64,000 nt of DNA, taken from NCBI RefSeq assembly GCF_006345805.1, contig NC_043021.1, positions 10,230,001 to 10,294,000 of the forward strand, read 5' to 3'. Shown here in pieces: positions 57,900-64,000 of this stretch. Within the stretch, counting starts at the first letter, position 1. Each line of letters opens with the position of its first letter. The stretch comes from Octopus sinensis (lineage: Eukaryota). The translations under genes were made by a program, and so were the position numbers. Below the pieces are notes generated by a model. That model was not told the DNA's origin. It searched no databases and was given only the letters and a program-made list of their open reading frames with translations.

Positions 57900-58575
57900 A
57901 ATTACCTGGTTTTACTTTTATTTGCCAAACTTGTTTGGGCGCCTCTTAGTAGACACCTACCGCAAGTGGCAGCACAACGGGAGAATCCCTCGTTCTGTGA
58001 GTTGTGGAGCAGTGACACTGCTGAGAAAGGATCTAAACATCTAGTGCCCGAACACTGCTGATTTGTGGGTTTATGTCGAACACCTGTTGGCTGGTCCGGC
58101 CATCGGCCGAGTCCAACAGGAAGATCACTCCGCTGCTATCCTTTTGGCAGGAAGGGCAGGCAGTGTTTCTAGACGACATTGAAAGGGCTGAAGAGATGCT
58201 TTCCTCTTTGGTCAAACCCTCATCAACTGTTTCAGTTTTCACTTCAAAAGGAAAGTGAGGGTAGAGTGGGAAGTGCTGCCACCCAGCAAATTTGATAAAA
58301 GGTGGGTGAATGTAGCGCGAATGGTCCGAGTGAACAGGCCTACTCTAAGCATGCGCCTCTACATCGTGGGTATATGAAGTAGAGAGGGCACATGCTCTAG
58401 AGGTCAGGGCGATCGTGGTCTCTGTGGGGTTTCCATGAGCAGCCCTAGGAGTCTCACTCATTTGGGGATTTTAATTGTTAGAATTTGAATTTTATTTGCC
58501 TTTATTCTTTTGTTTACACGTTTTAATCCCACTTTATTGTAATTGTATTGTCCTGTATCGTCCCCAATGTTGTTA
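57900..58575 (+). mobile_element. Degraded 3' end of an L1/Tx1-like LINE ORF2
   Basis: GC-richer island with fragments CPNTADLWVYVEHLL, EGQAVFL and RKVRVEWEVLPPSKFDKRWVNVARMVRVN across frames; recognised by resemblance only. Confidence 0.45.
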
Positions 58576-58694
58576 TGTGACATTACCTTTCATCCTTTCG
58601 CGGTCGTTAAATAAGTATCAGTTACGCACTGGGGTCGAGATAATCGTCTTATCCCCCGCCCCGAAATTGCTGGCCTTTGGCCAAAATTTGAAAC

Positions 58695-58840
<146 letters not shown>

Positions 58841-59172
58841 CATATAATGACAAATAAAATGAATGGAATAGTAAATCATATTTTGCTACCTCTATTTTAC
58901 ACTTGTTTCGTCATAAGTTTAATACAATCAATCTTGCAGCATTATGCAATCATTCATGCAACAATTGATTATTTTTTCCTGTGCTATTCAGAGTTACAAT
59001 TCATAACTCATGCTGAATAAGATTCTTCAGAATTGCGTATAACACAACAGGCTATGCAGACACACACACACACACACACACGCTCGCACATTAGTTTATT
59101 TGTACATTGTGAATAATATTCTGCTGATATTTCTTTGTTAGTTAAACGTTTATATTTGTATTGAATTACTTT

Positions 59173-61117
59173 TTACAGGTGACTGTCGATCCAGTTTCGG
59201 AAATATCCGACATCACTGAAAGCACTGATTTCCATCTTACAATTATATCCAAACGAGGTTATTCCTGCTAAGACCATTTGACCGTTTGATCTTGGACAGT
59301 AAAGTGGACCGCCGGAGTCACCCTGCAAGACAAAAGACAAGCAATATACATCACTAAAATCAATAGATATTATATAATCCTTGTTGTATTCAGAAAATAT
59401 TTCCCAGAAACCCGTTCAATTGCTCAATATCTTTTATCTTATTTGTTTCAATCACTGGACTGTGGCCATGCTGGGGCACCGCCTTGACGGGTTTAGTGAA
59501 GCAAATTGACCCCCGGTGCTTATTTGTTTTAAAGTCAGATAATTTATCTTATTGGTCTATTTTGAGTGACGGGGATGTAAACAAACCAACACCTATTGCT
59601 AAACGGCGGGGGACAAACACAAACGCACACATACACAAACACACACATAGACATACCTACACAAACACGCACACATGCGCACAAACACACGCACACGCAC
59701 ATATATATTTCTTTTACTCTTTTTTACTTGTTTCAGTCTTATGACTGCGGCCATGTTGGAGCACCGCCTTTAGTCGAGCAAATCGACCCAGGACTTATTC
59801 TTTGTAAGCCTAGTATTTATTCTATCGGTCTCTTTTGCCGAACCGACAAGTTACGGGGACGTAAACACACCATCATCGGTTGTCAAACGATGTTGGGGAC
59901 AAACACAGACACACAAACATATACACACATACATATACATATACATATATACGACGGGCTTCTTTCAGTTTCCGTCTACCAAATCCACTCACAAGGCTTT
60001 GGTCGGCCCGAGGTTATAGTAGAAGACACTTGCCCAAGGTGCCACTCAGTGGGACTGAACCCGGAACCATGTAGTTGGTAAGCAATCTACTTGCCACACA
60101 GCCACTCCTACGCCTATATTATCGTAAAGTAAATATGATAATCCAGAATCCTTGTCCGATGCCAGATCGATCCCAAAATCTAATCAGTTCGTGTCAGTCA
60201 CGAATATATTCATCCGAATACATCAGGCGGTTCTTGAGATATCTTGTCCACGGACAAACAATCAAACAAACGCGAAGGTAATAAGAAAATATTGCAACAA
60301 ATTGTTTCGTAACTTAAAATATGTAAATATTTTATATTATATTATATTTAATAATAGACAAGATATCTCAAGAACCGCCTGATGGATTCGGATGAAATTT
60401 TCAGGGATGTTTGGGTTCGTGACTGACACGAACTGATTAGATTTTGGGATCGATATGGTACCGGATAAGGATTCTGGATTATTTCTTATATTTACTTTAC
60501 TTTACATGATTACGATCTTATGTTAACTTTCAAGTCTTTCTCAGTTTTCTTCCTGTAACTAGGCTGTAACTATTTTGAAAGGTGGATTTGTTAACTTTGG
60601 CTTGTATTAGATAAGGATAAACTATTTATTACTGTTACTAAATTTTCTACAGCCACTTTCACATTCCATGACTACCTTTGGGATCGGCCAGGTACCGGAC
60701 AAAGATTCTGGATTATTTTTCCGTTTTTTTTTTTTTTTAGATAATCCTTGAGAGCGGTCGGGCTACTTTTTAGTATTCTCGTTTGTCAGAGCAATCGAGT
60801 TCATCTCAAATATTCTCGTTTTAAGGATCATCTCTGGCGAATCATTGAGAGGACGTTGGTGTTGCCTTGGCGGAAGTTTGTACTCTCTGAGTGCTCTTGT
60901 TGTTAAATAAAATTTGATCAAACTATTTCTCTTTCATTTGTGACTTAATGTTATCTCCTGATTTGTATTATATATTCTATATGTTTTGTAGAACGATATA
61001 TCGAAGAACTTTTTTATGAGTACTACCGGATTATTTGAATTCATATATTGTGACTTAATTTTACACACACACACACACAGACACAGACACACACACACAC
61101 ACACAGACACAGACACA

Positions 61118-61170
<53 letters not shown>

Positions 61171-62964
61171 ACATATATCGTAGCACTCCGTCGGTTACGA
61201 CGACGAGGGTTCCAGTTGATCCGATCAACGGAACAGCCTGCTCGTGAAATTAACCTGCAAGTGGCTGAGCACTCCACAGACATGTGTACCCTTAACATTA
61301 GTTTTCGGGGAGATTCAGCGTGACACAGAGTGCGACAAGGCCGGCCCCTTTGAAATGCAGGTACAGCAGAAACAGGAAGAAAGAGTGAGAGAAAGTTGTG
61401 GTGGAAGAATACAGCAGGATTCCCCACCACACCATGCCGGAGCCACGTGGATCTTTAGGTATTTTCGCTCAATAAACGCTCACAATGCTCAGTCTGGGAA
61501 TCGAAACTGCGATCCTAAGACTACGAGTCCACTGCCCTAACCACTGGGCCATTGCGCCTACACACACACAATTGGCTTCCTTCAGTTTTCTTCTACCAAA
61601 TCCACTTACAAGGCTTTGGTCGACTCGAGGCTATAGCAGAAGAAACTTACCCAATGTGCCACGCAGTGGGACTGCACCCGGAATCATGCGACTGGGAAGT
61701 AACTTCTTACCATACAGCCATGCAAGCGTAGACACCCATGTCTGCACCTATATACCTATTTCTTTATTACCCACAAGGGGCTGAACATAGAGGGGACAAA
61801 CAAGGACAGACATAGGTATTAAGTCGATTACATCGACCCCAGTGCGTAACTGGTACTTATTTAATCGACCCCGAAAGGATGAAAGGCAAAGTCGACCTCG
61901 GCGGAATTTGAACTCACAACGTAACGGCAGACGAAATACCGCTAAGCATTTCGCCCGGCGTGCTAACGCTTCTGCCAGCTCGCCGCACCTATATACCCAC
62001 AAGCCTGCGCTTATATACACATAACGCCCGCGCCTCTATATAAAATATATAATAATAAATAAATAAATAAATGCTTCCTTTTAAAGCCTAGCCAGGCTCA
62101 TGGGCCCGGTTTCACGGTTTCAGTGGCGTATGTGTTCCCCAGCTGGACGGGACGCCAGTCCATCGCAGCGTTACTCATTTTTGCCAGCTGAGTCGACTTG
62201 AGCAACGTGAAATGAAGTGTTTTGCTCAAGAACACAACGCGTCGTCCGGTCCAGGAATCGAAACCACAATCTTACGATCATGCTGCTGACACCCTAACCA
62301 CTAAACCACGCGCCTCCACCTATATGAAATATACAAACTTTATAAAATATTAAAAAACTCACCTCACAAGTTGATGGCCCGCCTTTCTCGAAATCTCCAG
62401 CACAAAGAATTCCGTCAGAAATTGTCAATATAGACTTTTTTTTACATTCATCATAAGGAACAATTGGAAGGGCCACTTTTTGTAAATTTTCAGAACCTTT
62501 GCCTCTATCTGGGAAAACAAAAAACAAAAAGAAAAAGTGGATAATTATTAGTTCCAAATTTTGGCACAAGGCCAGCAAGTTCGGGTGGTGGGTGTGGAGG
62601 CTGTAGGTGGAGGCTGTAACCCCGAAAGGATGAAAAGCAAAGTCGACCCCGACGGAATTTGAACTCAGAACGTAAGAACGGATGAAATACCGCTAAGCAT
62701 TTCGTCCGGTTTGCTAACGATTCTGCTACCTCACCGCCTAGACAACAATAATAATAATCCTCTCTACTAAAGGCACAAGGCCTGAAATTTATGGGGAGGG
62801 GGACTAGTCGATTACATCAACCCCAGTTTATCACTGGTACTTAATTTATCGACCTCGAATGGATGAAAGGCAAAGTTGACCACGGCGGAATTTGAACTCA
62901 GAACGTAATGACAGACGAAATACCGCTAAACATTTCACTCGGCGTGCTAACGATTCTCAATGCC

Positions 62965-63007
<43 letters not shown>

Positions 63008-63027
63008 TGATGATGATGATGATGATG

Positions 63028-63066
<39 letters not shown>

Positions 63067-63691
63067 TCTATTATAATCCCAAGGCCTGAAATTTTAGGGG
63101 AGGGCGCTAGTCGGTTACATCGATCCTAGTGCGTAACTGGTAGTTATTTCATCGACCTCGAAAGGATGAAAGGCAAAGTCGACCCCGGTGGAATTTGAGC
63201 TTAGAACGTAGCGGCAGACGGAATACCTATTTCTTTACTACCCACAAGGGGCTAAACCCAGAGAGGACAAACAAGGACAGACAAGCGGATTAAATCGATT
63301 ACATCGACCCCAGTGCGTAACTGGTACATAATTTATCGACCCCGAAAGGATGAAAGGCAAAGTCGACGTCGGCGGAATTTGAACTCAGAACGTAACGGCA
63401 GACGAAATACAGCTATGCATTTCGCCCGGCGTGCTAACGTTTCTGCCAGCTCGCTGCCTCAACAATGGGATGATTATTTAAAATACATGTCATTGGTGAT
63501 TAGACTGAAATGATAGATTAGGAACTGTCTGATGGCAGTTTGTTGATAATACTTACAGGTTAAATCTCCCCATCCAGCAGCGATACATCTTGAGGTACCA
63601 AAGTTTTCTCCTTGATTGGCCATAGGTGCAAACTTGACACATCTCCCTTCGCTTAGTGACTCGTTAAGTGTCAATATGGCAATATCATTCT
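59173..63691 (-). CDS. Copy I: divergent paralog, exons 4-6 (63557-63691, 62363-62508, 59173-59322); exons 1-3 beyond window end
   Basis: Same exon sizes and phases, open frame: NDIAILTLNESLSEGRC...AAGWGDLT-YRGKGSENLQKVALP...GGPSTCE-GDSGGPLYCPRSNGQMVLAGITSFGYNCKMEISAFSDVGYFRNWIDSHL*. Confidence 0.87.
60357..60900 (+). mobile_element. Helentron/HINE-like non-autonomous element, with an inverted partial copy at ~60120-60290
   Basis: 3' GCCTTGGCGGAAGTTTGTACTCTCTGAGTGCT..TT motif, a TTATTACCT..GTTTGTTTG start on the inverted copy, and shared internal sequence forming an inverted repeat. Confidence 0.45.
61760..61990 (-). mobile_element. SINE family 4 (GGCGAGCTGGCAGAA...GAGTTCAAATTCC...CCTTTCATCCTTTCGGGGTCG). 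Many copies: ~6727-6900, 40260-40480, 42780-42960, 47400-47580, 50645-50870, 56600-56720, 57340-57715, 62560-63460 (stacked)
   Basis: Highly repeated sequence with pol III A/B-box-like motifs. Confidence 0.72.
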
Positions 63692-63806
63692 CTTGAAAAG
63701 GAAAAGGTACGTATATTATTTATTTAGATATGTTAAAAATGCACGCATACTCGCACGCAAGCACACCCACCCGCACTCATGCACACACACACACACAACA
63801 CACACA

Positions 63807-63865
<59 letters not shown>

Positions 63866-64000
63866 CGTCTACCAAATCCACTCACAAGGCTTTAGTCGGC
63901 TCGAGGCTATAGTAGAAGACACTTGTCCAAGTATAAATTTACATATATTAGCCAGAAAAATCCGTGATATACTTAGTGCGCGACAGGTGAACCGCGATGT

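Noticed and set aside
62560-63460. Regularly recurring ~200-bp units that could suggest a CRISPR-like or satellite array
   Set aside because: Stacked copies of a dispersed SINE with variable spacing; no constant repeat/unique spacer structure and no cas genes

Overview
AT-rich, microsatellite- and SINE-dense eukaryotic DNA. The SINE families look like those of Octopus, so a cephalopod source is inferred from recognition, not proven. The window is dominated by a tandem and inverted array of nine copies or fragments (labelled A-I) of a six-exon secreted chymotrypsin-type S1 serine protease gene (CDS exons 49/160/128/135/146/150 bp, 255 aa; signal peptide, 5-aa propeptide ending in Gln, IVGG/IVDG, AAHC, NDIAIL, STC(Q/E)GDSGGP). 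B (-, 10529-15750) and E (-, 28429-33162) are complete and intact. C (+), G (-) and H (+) are complete but each carries a single net 1-bp frameshift. A (+) and I (-) run off the window edges with intact visible exons. D (exon 3 only) and F (exons 4 and 6 only) are remnants. B/C and G/H are two head-to-head palindromic pairs. Their ~3 kb spacers are inverted copies of each other (B~H side, C~G side), but their gene bodies match within each pair (B~C, G~H), a pattern expected from arm-to-arm gene conversion. E is a mosaic of the two types. Other notable items: a perfect 843-bp palindrome in the interval where F exon 5 is missing, a hairpin MITE inserted into the exon-1 splice donor of C and E, Helitrons (one with a PIF1 helicase fragment), a degraded RTE LINE nested at a SINE end, and CR1-like, Tx1-like and mariner remnants. 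No prokaryotic-type system (CRISPR etc.) is present. Exon coordinates were read by eye, and repeat boundaries are approximate.
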